Source: an uncultured Verrucomicrobiae bacterium
GTDB taxonomy: Bacteria > Verrucomicrobiota > Verrucomicrobiia > Chthoniobacterales > JAFAMB01
Direction of reading: 5' to 3'
Assembly: GCA_963782115.1 (NCBI GenBank)
Contig: CAWAIK010000001.1
Coordinates: 832,001 to 896,000 of the forward strand
DNA length: 64,000 nucleotides
Shown here: positions 10,562 to 19,615 of the stretch, in pieces
How positions within the stretch are numbered: position 1 is the first letter of the stretch
How the letters are laid out: each line of letters opens with the position of its first letter
The notes under the pieces: model-generated
The model's input: the letters and a program-made list of their open reading frames with translations, nothing else
The model's database searches: none
What the model was told of the DNA's origin: nothing
Made by a program: the position numbers and the translations under genes

Positions 10562-11540
10562 GTTCAAAGATTATTATAAAATCCTGGGTGTCCCTCGGAA
10601 TGCCAGTCAGGAGGATATCAAGAAGGCCTTCCGAAAAATGGCCCGGCAATATCATCCGGACGTTGCCAAAGACAAAAAGGACGGGGAGCAAAAATTTAAG
10701 GAGATCAACGAAGCGTATGAAGTTCTCGGCGATCCGCAGAATCGCAGCAAGTACGACAATCTAGGAGCGGACGGAGGGGAAGCGGCGGCCTTCCAGGGCG
10801 CACCCGGCGGGCCCGGAAGAAGCCGGCGCGGCCGGGGCGGCGAAGAGGGGGTGGAGTTCCACTTTGACGGGACCGGATTCAGCGACTTTTTTGAGCAGTT
10901 CTTTGGTCGTGGCAGTCGATTCGATGGCGGCAACGACTTCGGTAGCCCGGGCGTTGGATCGGTCGAGGGGACTGGCTTCGCCCATCGGGGCAGCGACTTC
11001 GAGAGTGACATCCTGGTAACGCTTGAGGAGGCGCTGACGGGGTCGGAACGCTCGATTTCGTTGCAACGCATCGATCGGCGGACCGGCGAGGCCAGAACTC
11101 AGACCTTGAAAGTTCGTATCCCACCGGGCGTGCACGAAGGCCAGGCCATCCGGGTTGCGGGAATGGGCGAGGATGGAATTGGGGGAGGGGCTTCCGGAGA
11201 CTTGTATCTTCGTGTCCGCTTCGCCGCGCATCCTGAGTACAGAGTCCGCGGCTCTGACCTCTATTACGGGCTCGACCTGGCACCCTGGGAAGCCGTGCTG
11301 GGGACACGGGTGACTGTGCCGACGCTCAAAGATCAGGTGTCAGTGCGGATCCCGCCCGGAACAAACCAGGGTCGGCAATTGCGGATCCGAGGTCGCGGGT
11401 TGCCCGTTGGTCGCACTGATCGCCAAGGTGATCTCTACGTGGTCATCAACATCGAGCTCCCGCAACAGATTACGGAAAAAGAACGCGAGCTCTGGAAAAA
11501 GCTCGGTGAGATTTCGGATTTTAATCCAAGGAAAACGTGA
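10551..11540 (+). CDS. cbpA: DnaJ-class chaperone CbpA (J domain and C-terminal domain, no Zn finger)
   Basis: KDYYKILGV, HPD motif, FSDFFEQFFG and GDLYVVI. Confidence 0.92.
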   Translation: MPIEFKDYYKILGVPRNASQEDIKKAFRKMARQYHPDVAKDKKDGEQKFKEINEAYEVLGDPQNRSKYDNLGADGGEAAAFQGAPGGPGRSRRGRGGEEGVEFHFDGTGFSDFFEQFFGRGSRFDGGNDFGSPGVGSVEGTGFAHRGSDFESDILVTLEEALTGSERSISLQRIDRRTGEARTQTLKVRIPPGVHEGQAIRVAGMGEDGIGGGASGDLYLRVRFAAHPEYRVRGSDLYYGLDLAPWEAVLGTRVTVPTLKDQVSVRIPPGTNQGRQLRIRGRGLPVGRTDRQGDLYVVINIELPQQITEKERELWKKLGEISDFNPRKT

Positions 11541-11606
11541 TCAGGACAGACAGGTTGATGTCGGTTGAAATTGGCAGAACGATTTGGCAATGACGATGAG
11601 AATTCT

Positions 11607-11912
11607 ATGAACGCGCTGCAAGTCTTAGAGCCCGGCGGACAGACCGTTTATACGATTGACGTGGCGGCACAACTGGCCCAGGTGCCGCGGCGAGTGATCG
11701 TTCTCTATTACAAACATGGTTTGGTGTCTCCGATCGCAGATCCGGCCAGCAGCGGTTGGTATTTTGATGATGAGGCGATCCGGATCGTGCGCCGTATTGA
11801 ACATTTGCGGTCCACGTGCGGGTTGAATCTTGCCGGCATTAAGTTGGTGATGACACTCATGGAAGAGGTTGAGCGATTGCGCACCGAGCTCCGTTTTCAT
11901 CACCGGATCTAG
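11607..11912 (+). CDS. cbpM: Chaperone modulator CbpM / MerR-type HTH protein
   Basis: MerR-like HTH and GLNLAGIKLVMTLMEEVERLR. Lies directly downstream of cbpA. Confidence 0.8.
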   Translation: MNALQVLEPGGQTVYTIDVAAQLAQVPRRVIVLYYKHGLVSPIADPASSGWYFDDEAIRIVRRIEHLRSTCGLNLAGIKLVMTLMEEVERLRTELRFHHRI

Positions 11913-11966
11913 GAAGTTGTCAAGGAAGTTGTCAGTTGTCAGTGGTCAGTGGTCAGTGGTCAGTGG
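11911..11966 (+). repeat. GT(T/G)GTCA heptamer tract (left arm) with a duplicated 12-bp cap
   Basis: aggaagttgtca x2, then gttgtca gtggtca gtggtca gtggtca gtgg. Confidence 0.9.
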
Positions 11967-12056
11967 AAAGGCAAAAACGAACGCCGGAGCCGATATTCGA
12001 AACCGAAAACGCCCGCACCCCGGGGTTAACGTCGACTAACCTGAACTGTTCTTCTA

Positions 12057-12169
12057 CTGACAACTGACACTGACAACTGACAACTGACAACTGACAACTG
12101 ACAACTGACCACTGACCACTGACCACTGACCACTGACCACTGACCACTGACCACTGACCACTGACCACT
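12057..12169 (-). repeat. CTGAC(A/C)A heptamer array (right arm, part 1), 16 units
   Basis: ctgacaa x6 plus one ctgaca, then ctgacca x9. Interrupted by the IS. Confidence 0.95.
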
Positions 12170-12196
12170 GGGCGCATCTCCGATTTGTTAAAATTT

Positions 12197-13459
12197 CTAG
12201 TTCCAAAGGTAGGCGAAAGTTTTGTTTTGGGTCATAACGTCGAGAGCCAGGAGGTTGCGCAGGCCAGGCCTCGTCCAGAACTGGCCGGTGCGCTTGAAAC
12301 GATCTTGGAACTGGCTGCATTGTGACTCCACTGCGCCGGATCCGATCGGAGCGCCACGCTCGGCCACAGCTTGGTAATCAAGATGATCACGGTGATTGAG
12401 GAAGTATTGGATCTGACGTTGGAGCTGAGGGTCGGCTGAGTCATCGTGCGCCGAGTCATCTTGAAGAGATGTCTTTGGGAGTATTTCTTCGAGGCGGGTG
12501 ATGACGCGCGAACTTTCACCGTGACGCAACTGGTGTAGCAGCGGTTCGACAAAGACGCGTGCGGCCTCAGCATCATTGGCGTAGAGATAATGGGCCAGTT
12601 CCCATAGACGCTGGCTGGCGTGATAAAAGTCCAGCGTCTGGGTTGTGCCGCTAAAACGATCTTCGATCAAGGACCACAGCCAGACGGCCCCATCGAGGAC
12701 GACGAAGACTTCCTGAGCCCGAGCCATACCGCAACGCAGCGCCTCCTTTTGCACGGTGGCCCCGAACTCCAGCACATCGGTGCCAGGCGGACAGGCGACG
12801 ACTTTCTTTTGTGTCAACACTCCCCGGTCCGAGGCTGTCTCTGCCCGATGATCGAGCCGGTAAATAACGCCGGATTTGACTTCATGCCATGCGAACCGTT
12901 CGGCATCTTGGCAATCCGGTGGGGCGGCCCATTGCGGCCCGCGTTCACGTACCATCCAACCATCGAGCATGATCACAAGCGAAAAGGGCGCTTCGTTCTT
13001 GGGCGCTCCAGTAGGTGCGGGCATCACCTGCTGGTCTACCTGCAAGCCGATGCTCTGCACCTGACTATGGACCAAGTCATCACTGATCGTAGTACCCCAG
13101 CAGCTAGCCAACAGTGCAGCTTTCTGGTAGGAACCGGTTTGGGTCGCGGTGTAACAGAGCCTCTCCTGTAGTTGCGGGCTGACACGCTCATGAGGAGTCA
13201 ACTCCCACTGTTCGCGTGCCGGAGAAAGCCACCGCTGCATGAGGCTCGAAAAACCGTAGGCAGCTCGCACGGTCACTGTCCCCACACAGGTCATCAGCGA
13301 GAACTCACGCAGGCGCACATATTTCAATACCAGACCGCTCTGCGGACAGACCGCCTCGATTTGATCCGCCTGCGCTTGGAGCCGCTCCTCCAACCGCTGA
13401 CGGGTCCACTCGCGGCCTTCGGCTAGCGTTTGAGCTTCAACTTCGAGCAGGACTTTCAT
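12197..13459 (-). CDS. ISKra4/ISLre2-like (Mutator-type DDE) transposase
   Basis: MLDG, LDGAVWLW, LDFYHAS, PIGSGAVESQC and RFKRTGQFW. The ATG overlaps the upstream stop (ATGA). Confidence 0.9.
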   Translation of the reverse strand: MKVLLEVEAQTLAEGREWTRQRLEERLQAQADQIEAVCPQSGLVLKYVRLREFSLMTCVGTVTVRAAYGFSSLMQRWLSPAREQWELTPHERVSPQLQERLCYTATQTGSYQKAALLASCWGTTISDDLVHSQVQSIGLQVDQQVMPAPTGAPKNEAPFSLVIMLDGWMVRERGPQWAAPPDCQDAERFAWHEVKSGVIYRLDHRAETASDRGVLTQKKVVACPPGTDVLEFGATVQKEALRCGMARAQEVFVVLDGAVWLWSLIEDRFSGTTQTLDFYHASQRLWELAHYLYANDAEAARVFVEPLLHQLRHGESSRVITRLEEILPKTSLQDDSAHDDSADPQLQRQIQYFLNHRDHLDYQAVAERGAPIGSGAVESQCSQFQDRFKRTGQFWTRPGLRNLLALDVMTQNKTFAYLWN

Positions 13460-14307
13460 CGCAGCCGATAGAGATAAACTGCTTTGGGCGGCACGCTCAG
13501 AGTCCGGTCGCGGTCGTAGCGGCTGCGACCCCGCGTTTGGCCAACACAACGCCAGTTGGCGGCCTGATAACAGGTGCCGCGAAAACGTCCCACCTCCACA
13601 AAGCTCTCCAGCCAATCCAAGCCGTGTCCGTATTTTTGTTGCCAGTCCGCATCGATTCGCCGCGCCACCAAAGCCAGCAGATGACTGGCTAGATGCGGTA
13701 CCCGCACCTGCGGCAAAATCAAAAACCGACTGTTGTTGGCTATCCGGTGCAGTCCAATCAGACGCTCCGATTCGCTCCAGTCCAAGTGCCGATCGCGCGG
13801 CGCGCAGCGCCAGGCCGCAGCCCCAAAGAGCAGCACAGCCAAATCCCGCCCTGAGCTATCACGTGCCAGATACCCGATGTTTTGCCCCACTACGTGCCAT
13901 CCCAAATAGTGGTAGCGATCTAAGTAAAATGCCACTCGCCGCGCCGGGTCGCTGCCCGCTTCCACCCAATCGAGCTCTACAGGTCGCACTTGCTCCAACT
14001 CCGCGCAGAGTGGCTCCGGTGTGTGCTCAAAATCCGCCTTCACCCACCCAACCGTTTGCGGCCCACTCCTTTTGTATTCTCGCACAGGCGGCAGTTCGAT
14101 CAGTTCGCGCTCAGTTAGCTTGAGCAGAAAACTGCGCGCCGCAAAATCCTTCAGCCGCCCCTTGCCGTTGCGCCAATCCCACAACACGCATAGCTCCCGT
14201 GCCAAGCGCTTCCGACTCCAATCCCTATGCGCCCCTATCCACCCACGCAACCATTCTAGTGCTTCCTGCGATATCGTTCGCCCCTGACAGATCACCGGCC
14301 ACAACAT
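13456..14307 (-). CDS. DUF4338 domain protein (IS passenger/accessory)
   Basis: WRNGKGRLKDFAAR, YHYLG, FGAAAW, NNSRFLILP, HLASHLL and GTCYQAANW. Confidence 0.85.
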   Translation of the reverse strand: MLWPVICQGRTISQEALEWLRGWIGAHRDWSRKRLARELCVLWDWRNGKGRLKDFAARSFLLKLTERELIELPPVREYKRSGPQTVGWVKADFEHTPEPLCAELEQVRPVELDWVEAGSDPARRVAFYLDRYHYLGWHVVGQNIGYLARDSSGRDLAVLLFGAAAWRCAPRDRHLDWSESERLIGLHRIANNSRFLILPQVRVPHLASHLLALVARRIDADWQQKYGHGLDWLESFVEVGRFRGTCYQAANWRCVGQTRGRSRYDRDRTLSVPPKAVYLYRLR

Positions 14308-14374
14308 GCAGCTCTTTCTTCCATGAAAAAGTAAAGTAGACCAGCAAAATTTTTAACAAATCGGAGATGCGCCC

Positions 14375-14454
14375 CTGACAACTGACACTGACCACTGACC
14401 AGACTGACCACTGACACTGACCACTGACAACTGATCACTGACCACTGACAACTG
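14375..14454 (-). repeat. CTGAC(A/C)A heptamer array (right arm, part 2), about 11 degenerate units
   Basis: ctgacaactgacactgaccactgaccagactgacca... continues the 12057-12169 array on the other side of the IS. Confidence 0.93.
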
Positions 14455-14456
14455 CC

Positions 14457-15287
14457 TCATTCCAACTGCACCGATTCCAATTCGGCGAAGACGTAGCCGA
14501 TGAAAATATCGGCCTCGATGCGCAAAGGGATTCGCTTGTCGTCGTCGGAGAGCCAGCCGCGACCGCCCCTGAACAATTTGTGGTCCTTCAATTGCATCTT
14601 TTTGTCGATTTTTTTGAGCGCGAGATCGAGCTTGATAGCGTTTTGTTTTTGGCCGTCGATTTTGATCGTATCCCGTCCAATGACCTTTACCGTAGCGAGA
14701 TAGGGAGCATTCGAGGCCCATACGACGATCGATTCAGTATCACCGTCCGCAAGCGGTTGACTCCTGACCCAAAGCAGCGCTGTGGTCATGTCGAACACCG
14801 GGCTGAACTTGAAAACATTTGGCTTTGATGGATGATCGCTGGGGAATTTCTCTCGAAGTCCGGTCACTTGATCCGGTTCGAAATTGACGTTCGTTTTCAC
14901 GGTCTCCAGGCGGTATTTCTCTTCTTGAAAGAAATGGATTGGCCTCAGAGTGACCTTGTTCCCCGTGGCCTGATGATAGATATCGAGCCGGAAGAGAGTC
15001 CGTGGAAATCCGGAAGTCGCACCGGAGGCTTCAACTTCGAAGGTGTTTCGGGTCGGCGAAAAAAAGTGGATATCAGCAGTGGCGGCCTGGATGCCGCTCC
15101 AACCGAATCGATAGGCCAGACGCATTGAAGGAGGCGCTGTGAAGTCGCCGGGACCCTTGTCCGAGGTCAGCGACCTGATCCAGTCCGGGCTCTCGTCCGC
15201 GCCGGTCTCAAGTCCGGTCACTAAGAGGACGATGACAAAAATCCAAGCTATGGAATGACGCGCTCGGTTTTTCGGGTAAGTATCCAT
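14457..15287 (-). CDS. DUF3108-like exported protein
   Basis: Signal peptide, YRFGWSGI, and WLSDDDKRIPLRIEADIFIG. Confidence 0.7.
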   Translation of the reverse strand: MDTYPKNRARHSIAWIFVIVLLVTGLETGADESPDWIRSLTSDKGPGDFTAPPSMRLAYRFGWSGIQAATADIHFFSPTRNTFEVEASGATSGFPRTLFRLDIYHQATGNKVTLRPIHFFQEEKYRLETVKTNVNFEPDQVTGLREKFPSDHPSKPNVFKFSPVFDMTTALLWVRSQPLADGDTESIVVWASNAPYLATVKVIGRDTIKIDGQKQNAIKLDLALKKIDKKMQLKDHKLFRGGRGWLSDDDKRIPLRIEADIFIGYVFAELESVQLE

Positions 15288-15982
15288 CCTAAGCTGCCAG
15301 TGCCGGCTCGGCAAAAGGTCCAATCGCCTCTTTCGGAAATCAACTGGACTTGTTCTCCTATCTGCAGGCTTTCCACCGAACGCCCGCTGACGGCGGGCCC
15401 ATATTTGAGATCCGCCGCGGAATCGACGATCAGCGCTCGATTCGCGTCTTTTGACCCGGAACCGATCCAGACAAAAGCCGCTGCACTACAAAAGAAAATG
15501 AGCCCGGCGACGATGCAGAGCCTGCGCCAGAATACGATGAAGCGCCCACGCTTGCGCCACGCTGGAAAAAGAGAAAAGGCAAATACCCAAAAAGCGATCG
15601 ATGCGATGAGCGGAAAATAGTCAGCGTACGCTCCGATGTGGTCGCGGAGAGTCGGTTGATCGTCGTTTCCAACAATCTTGAGAACGGCACGCAAGTTAGA
15701 CCCGGCTTCATCCATTCTGGGGTTCAGGAGGAGTGCGCGTTCGTAATTGAGAATAGCCCTTCCTTGATCGCCCAATTTAAACCAAACGTTTCCTAGATTG
15801 TAGAAGAGGTCTGCGCTGTATTGACCGGCATGGACTAATTGGAGGTAATCAACTTTTGCTTCTTCGTATCTGCCGTTCTGATACGCCTCATTTGCCGCCT
15901 CCCAGGTTGTTCCGCCAAAAGTAAGCGGAACGGCCAATGCAAAGTTGCCGATGGCGACTAGCAAATACCTGACCCAGATCAT
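15248..15982 (-). CDS. batE: BatE-like TPR/SH3 protein
   Basis: TPR (LFYNLGNVWFK...AILNYERALLLNP), two TM helices and a C-terminal SH3-like domain, in a Bat operon. Confidence 0.8.
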   Translation of the reverse strand: MIWVRYLLVAIGNFALAVPLTFGGTTWEAANEAYQNGRYEEAKVDYLQLVHAGQYSADLFYNLGNVWFKLGDQGRAILNYERALLLNPRMDEAGSNLRAVLKIVGNDDQPTLRDHIGAYADYFPLIASIAFWVFAFSLFPAWRKRGRFIVFWRRLCIVAGLIFFCSAAAFVWIGSGSKDANRALIVDSAADLKYGPAVSGRSVESLQIGEQVQLISERGDWTFCRAGTGSLGWILTRKTERVIP

Positions 15983-17724
15983 GCCGCGGCCTTCCAGCGA
16001 TTCAGGATGGTCTTGATTCTCGATCTTTCGTCCTCGGTCAGTGACTCGGAACCAAAACGCCCGTAAATTGTCGCCTCCCTGACCTGGAGAAGCTCGCGCA
16101 CATCTCTTCGCAGATCCTCTGGGAGCGTGTCCATGCTGATCGCCTCATCGAGAGATCGAGTCCGGGTTTTCTTTCCGCGGGTCTGCTTCCAGGAATTCAG
16201 CTCCAATATTCGAACCGCAGCCTGCAAAACCTCCGGACGATTGTTTGATGCGTCAATCTTTTTCCACAACAAACGTCTTTCGCGATTCAGCACCCGGTGC
16301 GGCTGACTCGCAATTCTAGCGTTTCGGACCCAGAGCCCAAGGCCGAGCAACAAAAGCGCGCTAGCCGGAATCGTTTGAGCGATCCAAAAGGCCGGTTGCT
16401 CGACCAAGGGAAGAAACGAGGCCTGACCAGGCAAACGTGTCCGAATATCGAGCACGTCCACCGTGGGAGAGGGCTTGATTTGGGGTGCAGGAGATGGGCC
16501 AGGCGTTGCGGGAGACCCCGCCGTTTCAGGCATTTGGTCTCCTTCAATCTCGATATTGATCGGCGAGGGTTTCAGGGTGACGTATTTCTCCGCGTTCGGA
16601 TCGAAATACGAGAATTCGACCGTCGGCAGACTGTTTACCCGTTTTGCGGCGACGAGCGGAAAATCAAAGGTTTTAACAGCGCTTAGACCTAGATCATCCA
16701 ATGCCTGGGTTTCTTCCCTCGGCTGGTACGTATGCCACCCCTGGGTATTGGTCAGCGCCGGCTGCTCGATGCGATCGAAATTGCCGAGTCCCTTGATTTC
16801 AACCTTCATGCTGACCGGGTCCCCTGTTCGCACTTTGGTAGGCTGTGCCGAAGTCGCGAGAGTGAAGTCACCCACCGCTCCGGAAAAAGTCGCGGGCCGA
16901 CCGGCTGTCGGGAGCGGTTTGATATCGATCGAGGCGCCGTTGGTTTTCACGTCAACGACCTGTTGCTGGAAAGCTTCCGTCGGATCAATGAAACCGGGTG
17001 CGTTTTTCATTCCGAACGGGCTGGAAATCAGAAAGCTTTGGGTGGCTGATTGCAGGTCCAGCTTTCCCGGTTTAACACCGGTCAATCCCGTTTTATAGAC
17101 CACCACGTGGTATACCCGACCATTTGATTCAAACTGTTTTTCGGTCGGTTCCAGGTATTTCTTGGTCACGAAGCCTTCTCCGTCGATGAGCGGAAATTGT
17201 CCTTGTGGATAAGGCTGAAACTGCATTCGCTGATTGAAATAAAAGCGCAGTTCGATCGGGATTAGTTCCCCTACATAGGCCGATTCCTTAGGGATAACGA
17301 GTTCGCCATAGTAAGGCTTATCCGAATTTGTCCCTTGGTCGGCGCCGTTACTGTTCTGATGAATGACTTTGAGGGTCAGACTTGATGTTCGGTAGACTTT
17401 TCCGCCTGCTGACACCTCCAGCGGCGGGATTTCAAAGACTCCTTCATTGGTCGGAGTCACGATGTAGGTGAAGATGGTGATGCTGGAGGCCTGAAAATTA
17501 AGGATCTGCGTTCGACTCGATGTGCCTGCAAAGTTAATCGACAACCCGTTCGCGGAAATTGTCGGCGGCCGCGTGATACGCGCGTTTTCGATTTTGATCT
17601 CCAACTGAACTGGATGATCGACATCTGTGACCGACTCGGACAGCGATGCGGAAATAGAGGTCTCCGCCTTTGCGAGACTCGCCATCCAGAGCAAGATGGT
17701 TAGAATGCCGATTAATTTTCTCAT
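15979..17724 (-). CDS. batD: BatD family protein
   Basis: Signal peptide, FSGAVGDF, FSYFDP and operon position. Confidence 0.88.
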   Translation of the reverse strand: MRKLIGILTILLWMASLAKAETSISASLSESVTDVDHPVQLEIKIENARITRPPTISANGLSINFAGTSSRTQILNFQASSITIFTYIVTPTNEGVFEIPPLEVSAGGKVYRTSSLTLKVIHQNSNGADQGTNSDKPYYGELVIPKESAYVGELIPIELRFYFNQRMQFQPYPQGQFPLIDGEGFVTKKYLEPTEKQFESNGRVYHVVVYKTGLTGVKPGKLDLQSATQSFLISSPFGMKNAPGFIDPTEAFQQQVVDVKTNGASIDIKPLPTAGRPATFSGAVGDFTLATSAQPTKVRTGDPVSMKVEIKGLGNFDRIEQPALTNTQGWHTYQPREETQALDDLGLSAVKTFDFPLVAAKRVNSLPTVEFSYFDPNAEKYVTLKPSPINIEIEGDQMPETAGSPATPGPSPAPQIKPSPTVDVLDIRTRLPGQASFLPLVEQPAFWIAQTIPASALLLLGLGLWVRNARIASQPHRVLNRERRLLWKKIDASNNRPEVLQAAVRILELNSWKQTRGKKTRTRSLDEAISMDTLPEDLRRDVRELLQVREATIYGRFGSESLTEDERSRIKTILNRWKAAA

Positions 17725-17725
17725 G

Positions 17726-19615
17726 TCACCAGTCCCGAAGAACGCCGCGTTCGGTCTTGCGGTGCATAAGGTCGATCCTGTCGCTCTCGTCTTTCAACGA
17801 ATTGAGCAGCCCGAGGGCTTCGTCCTCTGACATCAAGCCTGGTCTGGACTCCTGGGGTTGCGGCATTTGCTGTTTGTTTTCGTCCGACGGGGTAATCTCT
17901 CGGAGTTGACCATCCTTTTTCGGATCTGGGGTGGGCTCGTCCTGCGATTGGCCATCATCGCCGCTATCGTTCGGATCGGAAGGGCTCTGTTGCTGGCCCC
18001 CAGGTGTTTGTTGATCGTCTGGCTGTGATTCTCCTGAGTCAGGTTCAGATTGTTGATCCGGCTTTTGACCCTGGTTCTGTTGCTGTTTATCGCGATTTCG
18101 TTGCTTGCGCTGTCTTTTTGATTGCCGCTGCTGTGTTCTTTGTCTTAGCCGCTGTTCTTCCTTCTCCTTTTCGGCATCCTTGATTCGCTCTTCGAGCAGG
18201 TTCAAATTTTTTTTTGCCTGTTCATCTCCTGGATTTCGATCGAGTGCCTGATGATATTGATAACGGGCATCGTAATAGTTCGACAGTTGCTGTTCGAGAT
18301 CCTGAGCATGGTTCCCCTCCTCGAAGAGGGTATTGCCGGCGTTGTAATAAGCTTTTTCTTGAAGACTCGGGTCGCTACTTACCATTGCTTTGGAGTATGC
18401 TTCAAATGCCTCGTCATATTGGTGCAAACGATAGGCTGCGTCTCCAAGGTTGAAGTTGATCCTCGGGGAGTTCGGATCATGTTTTAGTTGTTCGCGGAAA
18501 TTTTCCACGGCGCCATCAAAATCGCCCTGATTGTAGCGATCGAGCTCGGAATTGGCGCGTGCGTTCACTATAAGTGCCAGCATTGCCGCCGCGACAGCAC
18601 TTTCGACCGAAGACTGCCGCGGGTTCGCTTCTTTACGCCGATCACTTAGTGCCGCGGAAAGAAGAAGGAGCAACAGCCCGAATGTCAGCGGCCAGCGGTA
18701 TCGTTCCACAGGCAGATGGGTGGAGCGCTGGTCGATCTTTCCTTCACTGAGTTTGCGAAGACCGTTACCGATCAACCGCGACACTGCTCCATTTTCCAGA
18801 TGCACGTAAAACGCCCCGGTTTGTTCTGCGATTTCCCTGAGACGGGTTTCGTCCAAGCGGGATCGAACGGTTTGACCACTGCGATCCCGAAGAAGCTCCT
18901 GACGATCAGGGTCAACCGGAATCAGCGATCCTTCCTTGGTTCCGATTCCAACGGTGAAAATCCGAATGCCGTAAGAGGCAGCCTCCTTGGCGGCTGCGAC
19001 CGCGTCTTCCTCAAGGTCCTCGCCATCGGTTAGCAACACCATGGCACGATAAAGCCCTTCGGATTTACCGAGCGCCAGTTCTGCAGAATGGATCGCTGAG
19101 CTGATATCGGTTCCGCCGCGTTCGACTGTTTTGGTGTCAAGCTGCGTAAGTGCGTCGAGAACCGACTGATAGTCAACGGTCAACGGAGCCTCCACCTGTG
19201 CAGCGCCGGCGAAAGCGATCAGGCCAATCCGATCGCCATTCATGGCATCCAGAATATCTTGCGCGGCGAGTTTTGCTCGTGCCAACCGGTTGGGCGCGTA
19301 GTCTGTTGACAGCATGCTCTTTGATGTGTCGATCGCCAGGACGATATCGCGACCATGTTGTTCGAAATTTTGTTCGACGGATCCGAATTGGGGCCGTGCG
19401 AGGGCTACGATGAAGGCCACTAATGCTCCAAGGAAGAGAACTCTTTTGATCAGCATGCGCAAGCGAGCAACAGGATCGGTAAGCTGAGAAAGCAACCGCG
19501 CAGCGACGAGTTGTTGGAGTCGCTTCTGGCGTCGCCGATCATTGTGAATGCTGAGCGCAGCCAACAATGGTAACACCAGCAAGCACCATAAAAAACCCGG
19601 TTCGCCAAACGTCAT
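17726..19615 (-). CDS. batB: BatB/BatC-like VWA plus TPR protein with Q/D/P-rich tail
   Basis: MIDAS DTSKSM, LLTDGED, TPRs, a low-complexity tail, and terminal RDW. Confidence 0.88.
   Translation of the reverse strand: MTFGEPGFLWCLLVLPLLAALSIHNDRRRQKRLQQLVAARLLSQLTDPVARLRMLIKRVLFLGALVAFIVALARPQFGSVEQNFEQHGRDIVLAIDTSKSMLSTDYAPNRLARAKLAAQDILDAMNGDRIGLIAFAGAAQVEAPLTVDYQSVLDALTQLDTKTVERGGTDISSAIHSAELALGKSEGLYRAMVLLTDGEDLEEDAVAAAKEAASYGIRIFTVGIGTKEGSLIPVDPDRQELLRDRSGQTVRSRLDETRLREIAEQTGAFYVHLENGAVSRLIGNGLRKLSEGKIDQRSTHLPVERYRWPLTFGLLLLLLSAALSDRRKEANPRQSSVESAVAAAMLALIVNARANSELDRYNQGDFDGAVENFREQLKHDPNSPRINFNLGDAAYRLHQYDEAFEAYSKAMVSSDPSLQEKAYYNAGNTLFEEGNHAQDLEQQLSNYYDARYQYHQALDRNPGDEQAKKNLNLLEERIKDAEKEKEEQRLRQRTQQRQSKRQRKQRNRDKQQQNQGQKPDQQSEPDSGESQPDDQQTPGGQQQSPSDPNDSGDDGQSQDEPTPDPKKDGQLREITPSDENKQQMPQPQESRPGLMSEDEALGLLNSLKDESDRIDLMHRKTERGVLRDW

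Larger units (their letters stand above)
12170..14374 (-). mobile_element. Insertion sequence, ISKra4/ISLre2-like, two ORFs, 2205 bp
   Basis: Perfect 24-bp terminal inverted repeats GGGCGCATCTCCGATTTGTTAAAA at 12170-12193 and 14351-14374, enclosing a DUF4338-like ORF and a DDE transposase. Confidence 0.93.

Noticed and set aside
11953..12320. ORFs encoding SVVSGQW repeats
   Set aside because: They are translations of the heptamer DNA tracts and overlap the IS end.
13456..14307. Druantia anti-phage system (DUF4338/DruA-like)
   Set aside because: The gene lies inside IS inverted repeats, coupled to a transposase, with no DruE-like helicase or other Dru genes.
11911..14454. CRISPR array
   Set aside because: These are contiguous 7-bp tandem units with no repeat-spacer alternation, and there are no cas genes.
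17830..18180. Low-complexity Q/D/P-rich stretch
   Set aside because: This is the ordinary disordered tail of BatB/BatC-type proteins.
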